Source: Lingula anatina
Taxonomy: Eukaryota; Animalia; Brachiopoda
DNA length: 64,000 nt
Direction of reading: 5' to 3'
Assembly (NCBI GenBank): GCA_051362555.1
Contig: CM120648.1
Location: 13,946,587-14,010,586 of the forward strand
Numbering within the stretch: position 1 is the first letter of the stretch; every line of letters starts with the position of its first letter. The notes beneath the pieces were generated by a model that made no database searches, was not told the DNA's origin, and saw nothing but the letters and a program-made list of their open reading frames with translations. Below are positions 29,501 to 41,994 of the stretch, one piece after another. The position numbers and the translations under genes are program-made.

Positions 29501-30775
29501 TTAAAAACAGAATTATGTGATTTTATTTTATTTATCCATTTGTACTTTGAATATTTTATTTCATTTATCAATTTGCACTTCGAACATTTTTATGATTCAA
29601 ATAAAAAGTATGTTATTTATTTTTTTGAAAAAGTCAGCAATATTGTTTTCCTAACCGGTTGGTTGAGCTCCAGGAGTGGCCCATCATGTCGTGTCATGTT
29701 AAGGGTGCTCATCAAGATGTGACCTGGATCGGCAAACAGTGGGCTCCAGGAGTAGCCCGCTCCTACTGCGCGGATACGCAATCCCAGTTTCCTAGCTGCT
29801 CTTATAACCTGGGAAATTACACTTTTGCCATCAGTGGTTTATTTTCTCTGCTGATTTGGTAACATTTTAATGTTATCCTGCATACTTTAAGTAATTTAAG
29901 ATATACAGTACGTGAATGTCTAAAAACCAATTGTGCACATATGTATGTTGAGTTGATAGTAATGCACAACATAAAGCGTACACATGTAGCTAGCTACCTG
30001 CTGCACGTGGAGTAAAGAAGTCGGCGCCACGAAGAGAACGTCAGCAACGACCTGGCTTTCCGCCCAGTTAGTAAATGTTCGGACCTCTACCTGGGGCTCG
30101 CTACCAATCAGCGCCTGCAGTTGTTCTTGGGTTGAGGCAGATGAAGGAGTCGTGGCTAGTAGAAACGTTAACACAAATACAGTTTGTCGGGAAAAGTAAA
30201 ATGAATCTATGAAAATAAGTTAGGAAAGTAGAAAAATGATATCGCGCACATCGTAACCACATGGATAAAAGTTTGTTTTTAAGAATAATTAATAAACAAA
30301 TTTAAAAAAGAATATAAACCTTGACTGAGTTGAAGGACCTATAACAATGAAAACTGCTCACCTATATTAGTAGTGGGGAGGTCACTTGGCTTTGCTGCTT
30401 CTCTGGTAACATACGTGCTGCTCCAAAATACTTATGAAATATGTACGAAAGGTATATAACAGTTGTGCATGTGACAGACGCTGACAGAATAGAATTTTTA
30501 AGAATGTTTTTTTACTACATAAATATTTTATTAAAAATATTAATTTGTCTCAGATACAGGAGCACAAAAAAGTTGATTTATAGCATGAGAGGAAGAGAGA
30601 GGGTATGTTCACCTATAACTAACACCAAAATGACTGTGGTGAGAATTAGGTTGAATATTAAGAATCCACAGAAGCATTTTGCCTTGGAACGTAACCCAAT
30701 GTCATCGTGCTGTGTGGTTCTCTCTACGGGTTCGGAATGTTTGTAAGAGTTCTCGACGTCGATTCCGCTTTCCAT
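23972..30775 (-). CDS. Type II membrane-anchored FAD-linked oxidase (GULO/ALO, VAO-PCMH family-like), ~595 aa
   Basis: 11 in-phase exons: 30775-30613, 30430-30386, 30155-29998, 29808-29656, 29254-29102, 28427-28260, 27468-27242, 26411-26282, 25354-25190, 24660-24454, 24190-23972. Motifs FTNWA...APTS, IRAVGAGYSWSP, TVVGSLCTSSHGSG, LGMCGIIYDVT, RPTWPR, FDPDNMFVNQFL; N-terminal TM helix. Confidence 0.85.
27657..27820. repeat. Inverted-repeat element (~30-bp arms) in an oxidase intron
   Basis: TTCACTGTATCAAAGTTATTTATTCACAGAT ... ATCTGTGAATAAATAACTTTAATACAGTGAA. Confidence 0.75.
27853..28008. mobile_element. CMC/EnSpm-type MITE
   Basis: TIRs CCCTTAGCAAAAT / ATTTTGCTAAGGG, 2-bp flanking duplication GA, internal TTTGCAG(C) subrepeats. 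Confidence 0.75.
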
Positions 30776-31167
30776 GCTTTCATTTTTATCTGACCCTGCC
30801 CTATATTTGATACTATAGATCTGAACTGTATCCTAGAAATAAAAGTAAGTTTTGTCAAACGCCAAAATGTATTAACACATTTGTGCTTTTCCCATGATAA
30901 ATAAATGATATTCAAGATACTGACCAAGAGAGAAATAAGCCGTAATCAAGAAATACAAGTGGTTTTCGTTTGATTTAGATCTAATTTGTAACGACTGGCC
31001 CGCGTCTTAAGTAATTACAGTAAAAGACATGGCATTAAATAAATAAAGTTGTCCATGATTAAACATGACGCATTTATGTCTGTATATTTCGACAATTCCA
31101 ATATTTGACATAGTATTTTGATACTCTTTACATCGACTGGTAGTGACCCGGAATAACACTGTTGCTA

Positions 31168-31228
31168 TGGTGGTGGTGGTGTTGGTGGTGGTGGTGGTGG
31201 TGGTGGTGGTGGTGGGGGGGGGGGGGGG
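31168..31228. repeat. (GGT)n microsatellite followed by poly-G
   Basis: Directly visible. Confidence 0.95.
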
Positions 31229-34200
31229 GAGGATGCCTCGCTTTACTGGGCGAAGATAATAAAGCAGTAGACATGGCAAATATATAATATTCGGTATATG
31301 ACCTGGGAATGCTATAGTTTTCCCTTGCTTTCTTATTTTGGGACATGGAAAAAAGGGTAGAAGAGGGTGCTCTCCGTACCCTATCAGGAACCCGGTATTA
31401 TGATCGTGATGTCTTAGCAGCCACACATACTCTTCTTAATCATACCGGCATAGTTTGCAATATATTCTTACCAGGTGGGGTCGTTAATGATGCCGATTTT
31501 TTTTGGGTGGTTACACAACAGACGAAGCTGTTGCTCTGTGGTGCCCAGTGACCGTTGGAGGAGGCAGCCTGCTTCAAAAAAACATCGAAGACGGTTTCTT
31601 CCCTATGCTAGGTGAACCTTACTCCAAACTGTTCAATTTCACCATTTAGTTGCGCTTGGTCATACCTTGTATTGGAAAAATTCAACAGTAGCTGACCGAC
31701 TGCGGTAATTCATTACATTTTGTCTACGTCCTCTGCCATACCCCCTTTAATAGCCTCTTCTCGGACCCTTGCTACGACCTCTTCGTCTAATTTGACAAAT
31801 TTCACACCATTCTTGACTGTGGAGCATGATAACTTGCTCGCTGTGCGTCACAAGTGCCTAATGCTTCAAATACGAGATAATCATAAGTTTCATACACCCA
31901 AAATTTAAAATCACTAATCTGTGGAATTTTTCAACTCTGAGATATATTTTAGATCTTTCTTTTTCTCAAATATTTCATTGTTCTGTATTTGTTTGTCATA
32001 TCTAATGTAATTAATAATTCAAGTGAAATTTACTGAATAAAATATCATGTACATAATGGGCAAAATAGTGGAAATCCGGTGGGGTCGTTTACGACCTCAG
32101 CACTATTTTTTTGTTTCTAGAATAAAAATCATAAATGATACCAATGCTGCGAAAATTTCTCATGAAAGCTGATAAAACATGTGACAAATTCAGTTTCATG
32201 GCAAAATAAGGTATAATAAAAATGTACACTATTAGATACGTGTTTAGGGTGGTAAACGACCCCACCCGGTATGAATAGGGTTGTTTAACTTTTTTCATTG
32301 AACGAATTGGCCTACGCTGTGCACTGTGTCATACAATAAAGATGGTTACATGTTACCCTCTACCAAGGTTACAAATGGATTCTTCATTAGCTATTCACAG
32401 ATAAGTCTCTATTCATGACAAGATTCTCTGCTGGAGAAAAGCGCGCATAATTAATTTACAGCCCTGGCAGAGGGTAGCTCCTCCAGTAGACCCCGACCCC
32501 GGACTCCATACTGCCTGGGGGACAGGAATGCGGAAGTTCGAAGACCCAGTGATAACTGTGGGAGGTGGGAAAATGTTTTGATGAGAACGGTTCGTGACAA
32601 AATTACAAATTACATCTTAATGGTTGTATCAATATGTGTGGGTCGGTAACGCAAGGGGAGGCGGGTTTATAAGCTTTTCTTGTTCCATTCCATCATCTTC
32701 CCTCACATCCATGGCTGCCACAGGTAACACAACAATACTAACAAATGTACGAACTATATATTCTTATTTCTTACCTGATCTATTCCAGACATTTTCCTTT
32801 AAAAATGAAAATTTGCCTGAATGTCACTTTTTCTTATGTAGTCGTTACCATAAAAGCAACTGTCTTAACACGGCTTGTGTCACTTTTTCCCTGTAGTGCC
32901 TCAACAAGCAGTCGATTTCTAGTGCCTGGTGTTGACTCGTCGGTTAGAAGAAATTATAACTTCTCTGTTGTATTTTCCGTCGGTTAGTAAAGCGATAACT
33001 GCAGCAGCACAGGTAGAACACCTTGCTCTGGCTGGAAGTCAATGTCAGCGGAGGACGCGGGCGAGTTACGGTCAGTGATTTTGTCTCTTTTTATAAGGCA
33101 ATGTCAATACCCTCTGAGACTGAATTCGTACTCTATTATTGACTCTGAATGGGTTGCAGCGGGGAATAATAGACTACCTGACATTGGTATGACATTGTGA
33201 GCTAGGGGAAGGGGTCAATGCCCTCAATGAGAAATAACAACCTCAAAACGTGAGTTATTTTGACGTCAACAGACAGGCAGACAAGGACAATGTTATTTTT
33301 ACGTAGCCATGTTGATTTTTACATGGAAACGAAACTAGACCAGCAAATTGTAGAGCTTATGTAACTTTAGAACACGGGGATTTTGGGGATCGTCCATTTT
33401 TATAATCATTTTCACAAATCTACAAACCGTAATCTGGGGGTTGGGGGACGGGGTGAATGCCCTCAGTACGCCTTTAGGAAAATAATAAAAATTATGATCT
33501 TCGCCCCCGGGGATGTGCTGACAAAGGTAATCAATTTTAGTTTTTCGCTTTGAACTCTCTGAAAGGAGGGGGGGGGGGGGGGTCCGCAAAAGATCTACTC
33601 TTTGTAGACTTGTGAGACTTTGTAGACTTATAAAGTTATAAATTATAACCATTATTAATGGTGTATATACACAACTATTTAACCCTCCGTTTACCAAACC
33701 AGTTCCCTCGCTAGATGCTGAGATAGTAGATGAATTTTGCAGAAAATTCCATCAATAAACAAATGATTTATGAAAGAAATATAGAAAATACAAAGGCACT
33801 CTTGTGAATTTGCTCAGCTAATAATAATAAGCGTCAATCCAATGTCTTGGCTATACTAGCGTGAAGGTTGATGTTGTATAGGTATGGCTTTGTTATTTTA
33901 ATAGTTTTGCTGTTCAAGGTTACTCCTAGGCTAGTGGGATTCTTTGCCTAAGTTATACAGGTAAAAGTAACGGCTATAAGTTCCTGTTTGCTGTGATTTT
34001 TCATGTACTGTGTTAACAAGTATTGTGACATTTCGCGTACTTTGTAACTGTAATGCGATCTTAATTTACTGTATTGTATAGAATATTATAATTTATTGTG
34101 TACATGTACTGTGCAAGATTTGCAACAATTCAGGTACTGCGAGTTTATGTGTACTGAGACGTTAATTATTTTATGGCTCTTCGATTGCGATAAAAAGACT

Positions 34201-34499
34201 CAATTTTTTCAGACGGTGATGTACGTGGGGCATTTAAGAATAAATAAATAAACTCATCTTCTACCCCGTACATCATCAAAATATGAACAATTTCTTTGTG
34301 GTACAGCTGTTTTTCTGTACCGACCATGGCAAATTAATGACAAGAATGTCTTATTTCACTAATAAGTCTCTTATTAATTTATAGTGTATATAAATAAGTT
34401 GCGGAGACGGTGACCTGGTCTCAGTCTCTTTGTTTGTAGTCCGTTATAGTTGTGTTGACGACTGAGGCTGTGACAGTCCTTGGGTCCAACATTGCCACT

Positions 34500-34501
<2 letters not shown>

Positions 34502-34534
<33 letters not shown>
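34502..34534. repeat. Poly-G tract
   Basis: Uninterrupted run of about 33 G. Confidence 0.95.
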
Positions 34535-34535
<1 letters not shown>

Positions 34536-37007
34536 AGCGACTATTGAATACCCCTGGGTATAATTGCTGGACGTGTCTCACGGTGAACGCTTTTACTGGA
34601 TTGAACGGTGTATGTGTAACTCTCGTCCTGTTGACTTGTTGCCAGATGTATATCTTTGTTGTTTTCTTTTTATCAGGGAATGATAAATAATAAATTAATT
34701 ATTACCACTGGGTATCCGCTGGGGCATTAACTTCATCGTTTTTTTCAACCATACACGTACACAATGGCCTCATTAGGATCTATGTGTTGCAAACTTGTAT
34801 GAAGGTGTTGAAGAAAATTTGGAGTTCGTATTCATTCGGACGTCGACATAAAACGTGATGTGCAGGAATTTGTGACTTTACCAATCCTCCAGCTTCACAT
34901 ATTTAACAATATAAACAATATTAATTTGGAAATATCAATAATAATGAAAGAACAGGGCGATATGCATCCCAAAATTTCCGTGTACCAACCATTTTGGGCA
35001 AGAGTGTACTATGGGGTTGACCTGCGTCATTTAGATACTTCTAGGGGCTCTTATCTGACTGAGGGAGATATATTCGGCCTTGGACATAATTCCTTTTTAT
35101 GTCCAAGGTTCGGCTCACGATTCCCGACTTCAGTGATTCTCGGATGTCCAGTACTGTGCAAATTTGGTAAAGAATAAAAATCACAAACAAGTTCAAGTGC
35201 TATTCGACGGCAAACACGTTTATATTGTTACGATCGTCAAGATCTGGCGGTTAGTTGGTGTGTATCACAAGTGATTTTTTCGATCTCGGTAGACTGCTTG
35301 GATTATTCCTTACTGTAACAGCTGAGAATTAAAATTCATAACGCAGTATAGTGTTTTATTCATTCTCGTATTAAATTTTTTGTTCCCCTCCCAATCTGTT
35401 TAGCAAAATCCTGGAGCAACCAGTGTACTATAGGTTTATACCCCGAGTTAAATTTATTACACTGATAAAACATGATGCGTAGTTGACAATGTCTAAAAAA
35501 CGCAACTTCAAAGTTAAAATAGCCAGTTTTATTACAAAACTATGAGAATCAAATAGAATCTGTAGGCTTGTTGGAAGTTAAATCAGACATAACACCCAAA
35601 CCCAATAATATAGAGGAGTAAATGTTGTCACAGGCATGCACTTAAAATATTCAGTGCACAGATTAGAAACTATGTTTGATAATTTAAGGGTACCACATGG
35701 AGAAGTTCGGATCAAAGTTTCACTCTCCCGGAACCAGGAATAATAAAAAAATAATTCATCGTCTAACCCCAAATGGGTCATTCACTGTTACTTAAACTGC
35801 TCTTCACAAATTCATGGATTTTGTTACAAATGCTTACTTTTCTTTATTGCACAGTTTGCAGGCACAAAATGCTTAAACACATGCAAAAGAAACAAAAAAA
35901 CACGGTTATATTGCTTATTCTCTGTGGATAATATGTCACCAATGGAAAACTTTTAGCTGCGGAAGCGTTTTGCTCACTTTGAAAATTCGATCAACACTGG
36001 CTTTGCTATTTAATGTACATGATTTTCTGTAAGTATAACATTGAACATCCCCGCCCCACGTCTCGTTACGTGTAAGCCATGGCGTAAAGCTCAGCGGGTT
36101 ACCAGTTTTAAAATTACCTATAAAGACATTCTTACGTCAACTAACAATGACTGAATTACCACAACTTACATGTATCTTGGAACACGATACAAAATACGTT
36201 ACCGGAAAATACGCTTCTTACTAGTACCGGTGCATATAATAGATCATGACAGAAAAATTGTGGATTTTTGTTCTATACACGTTTTTGTTATAGAAGATTG
36301 GATACATGTACAAAGTCATTCAATTTATTTTTGTGATTTTTTAGACTAGTGACATTTCAGCTAGTGAAATGCATGGTCAACTCTCTATTGGGTTTCAAAA
36401 GATTTTAAAAGATTTGAAAGAGCGAATCTGAACGAAATCCATTTACCTCAAAGTAACTGGAAAGATAAGAGAGTGTTATCATTTGTGGACTTTTAAATAG
36501 GTAAAATATTTGATTTTATAAATTTCAAATGGTTTATGAAAAGTTCATTCTTTTTAAAAATTAATTAATTAATTAATTAATTTATAATTTTGCAGAACGT
36601 AGACTTTGACAGTAAAAGAATCTGTCAATATTCCACACATAATGCAAAAACATTTATTCTTCCTTCTTCCACGCAGTTACTGGGGTACATAGTTGTACTA
36701 ATTTTGAAATGACCCATGCGCTACCTCTAGACTTGGACATAATGAGCTCCAGAATAACGTCAAATGTCATAAATCTTTACTTGAATCTGTTTTTAAATTG
36801 GTTTCTTTTGCTAATTTTTTTTCCAGAATAGTTTGTAATCTAGAGTTTTTTATTAGACACGCTGGGCGGTTCAGAAAGAGAACTAGTTTCGGAAACAGGT
36901 TGTATATATTCTCTTCAAATATTTTGCAAGTTAATCCTAACTTCAGATTTTAGCGCTCTCTTTCGGCGGAACTATTGTTTCACAGCGAGAGAAATCACAG
37001 TGCCTGA

Positions 37008-37410
37008 TGATTGACGTTTGTTTATATTACCTGCCAATCAAGCTGTTATTACTTGACAGCAACTATTAAAACTAACTGAATTTGATTGGCACCTTGTCAA
37101 TCAAAGGATGTTGGAAGCTTGAACTAAACGTGTTCGATGACTATAGTGATCTACTGTAATGATTTGATTGACGTTTGTTTATATAACCTGCCAATCAAGC
37201 TGTTATTTCTTGACAGCAACTATCAAAACTGATGAATTTGATTGGCATCTTGTCAATCAAAGGATGTGAATATTGGAGTTTTACATGTTCGGAGAGAAGA
37301 GTGTAGTAATTGTGTTTGACGTTTGTATAGAAAACTGTCATTCATAGTCGTGTACTCTTGACAGCACCAAAGTTGAATTAGCCTGTTTTAATTTGATTCA
37401 TACCTGTCTA
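37008..37410. repeat. Three tandem ~150-bp units with CCAAT/ATTGG motifs
   Basis: TGATTGACGTTTGTTTATA..ACCTGCCAATCAAGCTGTTATT.CTTGACAGCAACTAT...ATTTGATTGGCA..TTGTCAATCAAAGGATG at ~37008 and ~37166, with a degenerate third copy at ~37315. Confidence 0.8.
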
Positions 37411-39247
37411 TAGCAATACATGTCGTAACATTCTTGGGGTAGGGGACATTTTATTTTCTTTCTTTTTGCAGGGCATTACAAAACGTCGGGTTCTTTATTT
37501 CAACCGAGAGACTACATGGAATTTAACAACGTGAAAGAGTCCCGGGTTCTTTTTTATTGTACTAAAATCGGTTGTCAATTTTTTTAAATTTCTTGATATG
37601 ATGTAAAATGACTATATTAGCGTTGTTGTCGATGTTTGTTGCCCCATCATCCTTTTTTTCTTTTTTTTGGTGCTCGAATAATCGGAACTTCGTAAAAACG
37701 AACTGAACATATTACTTTGATCATACTGGTGTTCTTTTAGACCCAATGAATATTTTTGGATCTTTAAAAAACGAATGGTATAAAAAGTAAAACCTTGTCA
37801 TTTTTTTCAAGAGCTACGGAGAGAAAAAATTGCCGAGATAATGATGTTAGTGGCCAGGTAAAATTAAAAAGTACCGGTTTTGTTCGTTCCTTATAAAGGG
37901 CCGGGGCAATAAGTAGCTAGTCGCCGTATATTGACATGAGCGTGCGTAAAAACTGTTGTTTTTAAATTACAAACTACTTAATTAAAACAGCCAAATTAAA
38001 TTTGAAAACAATTTTGCGTTAACAATCTTTCAGGCTTTAATCTGCGATATATTGCTAACTACTTCATAAGTATAAAAAAACTCCAGATTTCAATAACGTG
38101 TGAAAATTAATAAACTACCGGTAATAGTGGAATAAGTCGGGCTGGTTTAATAAGACTTGAAATTCTTGGTTTAATTTATTGAAGTTGTTCGTTTAATATC
38201 TTATTCTGTATTTCATCAGATTGGTAAAAAATTATCTTTTCATTATATGTAAAATGTATGCTACGCCGTATAAGAATTAATATTTGATCGAATATTTACT
38301 TGAAGATATGCTTTTTTAAATCTAATTTATTTTATTCTATTTTTTAATAAAAACAAAATTGATTCAGTATTAACATCATCATCTTTACTCTTTCTCATCT
38401 AACACATTCTGTGAAGTTTTGGTCTGAATGCGCATATTATAAATGTAATAGATTTCCTGGCATGCTTTTTGCAATTACTATTCTACGTGCAGTATATTAA
38501 TGTTTCATACCGCAAGTGACACTAAAAATGAAGCTTCTTTTCTCTCTCGGCAATTTTTGTCAACTCATCTATCATAGAGAAACATCTTTAACTTGTTTCT
38601 ATAACCCAGATTAGGAAAAAATCTTCCGTAGTTTTAAGCTCAGGTCGATTTGTCATCAGACAAGTCAAAGGGTTCAAACAGAGGAACCGGGAGCGGTGGG
38701 CGAGTCTTGACATTCCTCTCTTTTAGTACGTAAACAAAAATAGTGCACTCAATAAACTGTGTACGAGGCAACTTCATATCTTGGCTTCCTTTGTCTCAAA
38801 TTTGCCCTTAAAAATACCCACAGATACTGTCTGAGCTCACTTTAGCCCCGATTTAAGGGTCATTCACAAATAAATTAAACTCAGTGCCGAAATGCCCAAG
38901 TTCCATTCTTATTGTTCAACCTCTCTCGCTCTATCTCTTCATTTATTTAAATATGTTTTAATCTCTACATACGTAAGAATGAATCAGAATATACTCGATT
39001 GGGAATCAGAAATTGATACAGGGTTCCATTTTCTATTGAACTGGTCTTTTAATGGTAGACAGTAACGCGTCTTCTCATGAACGGGAGAATTTTTGTAAAG
39101 AGCAATACTCCATGCGCTGTCTATTCTGGAGACTACCCTCGCCTATGTTTGTTAATTTTATTCATACAAGGCAGTCAATCTTCCATTTTGAAGACCAATT
39201 TTTGACAAAATCACATCAATGGCTTAATTCAAACACTGCAGCCTAAG

Positions 39248-39532
39248 CAGTGGCGGGTCAAGGGTGAGTTGGGTGTCAGGGGGGTCCTGCCCCCTCCCCC
39301 CTCGGTTTCTGAAAAAAAACACACCCCTCTTGATGTAGAATTTTGACTAGCTTAATCATAGTTCTAAACCATACCAAATGGCACCGTTCGCCCACTAAAA
39401 TACCAAAATTCAGCAGGCCCCGAACCCCACGTCAAGGGGAGGGGGGGGGGGGGAGGGTCGGCTTCGCATCTGATGCCTGTCATTCCTAAAAAAAAACCGG
39501 ACCCCCTCCAAATAATCTTGTATCCGCCTCTG
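39248..39532. mobile_element. hAT-like MITE
   Basis: Termini CAGTGGCGG ... TCCGCCTCTG with G/C-rich interior; a similar small insert lies at ~60725-60890. Confidence 0.5.
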
Positions 39533-40540
39533 CAGTTCATAGTTTTAACTATTTATTTATTTGTTTAAAAACAATGAAAATTACATAATGTGCATTGGTT
39601 GTTAAGTAAAAAATAAGTGGAGCTATGATCTTGGTGTAGTTGGGCCAAAATATATATTCAATCAACCAAGCAGGGGGATATACACAGAGAAACTAAATGC
39701 ATCATTGATTAAATATTGAAAAAAATTATTGCCTCGGCATCAATGCCTTCTGGGATGTAATACACGTACCTGTCGGTAGGCTAAGCTTGTGGAGATATTG
39801 AAATAAAATATTCAATGAAAATGGAGGGAAGTGAGAAAATATATATAAAAGTAAATGGCATAATATTGAATAAATTCACTGTAATCGATGTGGCAAAAGA
39901 AAAAGTTTAAATGAAACTGAAGGCTCAGAGTAAAACTAAGAAAGTAAACAAAGAAAATTAAATAAACTTGAAATAATAAGTGAGTGATGGCTCATAATTA
40001 GTTAGGAAATGGGTTGAGCAGCATCTTACTTGTAACTTTGTGTCGCTCCATTCATGTCAATAGTGTTTTAATATGTATTATTGCAAATTTGACATCTGTA
40101 AAGTAGATCTTCAGAGATGCATCAGCAATAATACTTATTTTTTCCTTAAGATCTATACGGTGAATTGACATGAATCCTCAATAGTGTTTTAAGTGACGTA
40201 AAGTCGGGCAGTAAATTATTAGTCAATCAAGTGTCCCTCGATGTTGTTTCACACTATTTCCATTTTTGAGAATGTAATTTTGCTAAAAGAAGTATAAATT
40301 TAGTTTAGGGTGTTGCCGTTGCCACTTCAAGGGGGGGGGGGGGGAGGGGTCTGCTTAGCATCCACTTGAAAACGGAGAAAACAAGAAATACAGTTTATGT
40401 TATGTGTCAATGTTCATGTGTTAATATAACTTTTCAGTAATTTGCATTTCTAAAAGTTCAAAGTCTTTTTAAAGTTAATTAAAAAGCAAGGTTTTAAAAT
40501 TATATAGAATAGATTAAAAACAACAAACGCGCAGATGAAT

Positions 40541-41021
40541 GATAGAGATAATGGGAAAGTGAAGAAAGCCAGTTTTGTGGTAAAATTTATCAGTCTGCAT
40601 CAAATTTGAAGGAACATGAAACAGTACTGTAAGAAAGAATTTGAGTTTGAACAGTTTTATGCCAATTTTTGGCAAGGGTTTTTCATCAAATTCTTGTTTG
40701 CAGACAGATTTAAGGTCTCACACTGGTGTCAAGCCCTTCCAATGTCAGACTTGCTTAAAAACCTATGTTAGTAATAACCAGCTTAAGCAACATGTCTTAA
40801 TTCACAAAGGCCGAAAACCAAACTGTGATTTCTGTGAGAAGACTTTTGAAGGAAAAGATGGCTGTATTAGCCATATGAGAGTGCACACAGGAGAGAAACC
40901 TTACAAATGTCACTACTGTGAGAAAGCTTTTTCACATAATGTCAGTTGTAAGGCACATGAAAAAGCTCACAGAGATGGAAAATTATCATCTTACCAGCAA
41001 TCTAAATTTGCCACATTATAA
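40541..41021 (+). pseudogene. ZNF3-related zinc-finger pseudogene fragment
   Basis: Colinear with 20666-21286 but with internal deletions, frameshifts and lost Cys/His ligands; the last finger is nearly identical to ZNF3; no upstream exons found. Confidence 0.85.
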
Positions 41022-41994
41022 AATATACTCCATTCCTGTTAAGTGGTAAAAAGAGGCAGTAGATTTTTTCCATTCATCTTAAAAATTTCATCTCCAAATT
41101 TGAACAATTATCAAAACTGGGTGCCTCAGGTAAGTCTTTTCTAACCTCTTTCTTTCATTGTCATATGTTGAGGCAAAATTGCAATGACTCCAAAAATAAG
41201 AAATCAAGATTGTCAGGATGGTTGCAGACAACCTAAATTTCAGAACAGTTAGGAAATGAGTCAGATCTTTTCATTGAACAAAAAATTATCAAACTTTCAG
41301 ATACACAATTTTTTAAAACAAAATTATATTTCTGCTTGAGTGTCCGTATACTTGAAATCCACTGTTTTTATGTGGCAACTGTTCATTTGATTGTGGTAAG
41401 CCAGTTGAAATCTTTAAACAGTTTATACCAACATCTTGTTCTTCAGATTCTGATACATCTAGTCTAGAAGCACTTTTTTATGCACTTCAATGGACTATCT
41501 TCCCATACATTGGAACAGTTGCTAAGCAGAGGGTATTCTATCTCACAATTTATTGGAAGATGGTTTATTTATTATTTTTGTAACAAGAGTTTACTCTCCA
41601 CAATATTTCTAATTTCTGTCATTGAGGGCCATGTGGGGGTTTATTTAATAAATAAAGGCCAAAGTCACTGATAATTGTAACCATTTGCTGTTATTTATTG
41701 CACAAAATTTCTCAAAATTTTCACATCAAACTTCATCATTAATCAGAAGTAGACAACATGAATAGTAAACATACATGTACTAGTACATACATTCAACATA
41801 CATTTTCTTACAGATTTCATTTGTAATGTGGTCATAAATCAAAAGAAGACAGTAAAGCTGGCATATGTAAATATGTACATTCATCTGAAAGATTTCATAT
41901 CAAACTTGGTCATAAATCAAAGTAGACAAAAAAGCTTGCATTTTCACAAACATTCAAGACATTGATTGGCAAAACAGATTGTGGCATAGTTAAA

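Noticed and set aside
31007-31426. Poly-Pro/Thr/His ORFs
   Set aside because: Translation of the (GGT)n and poly-G tract.
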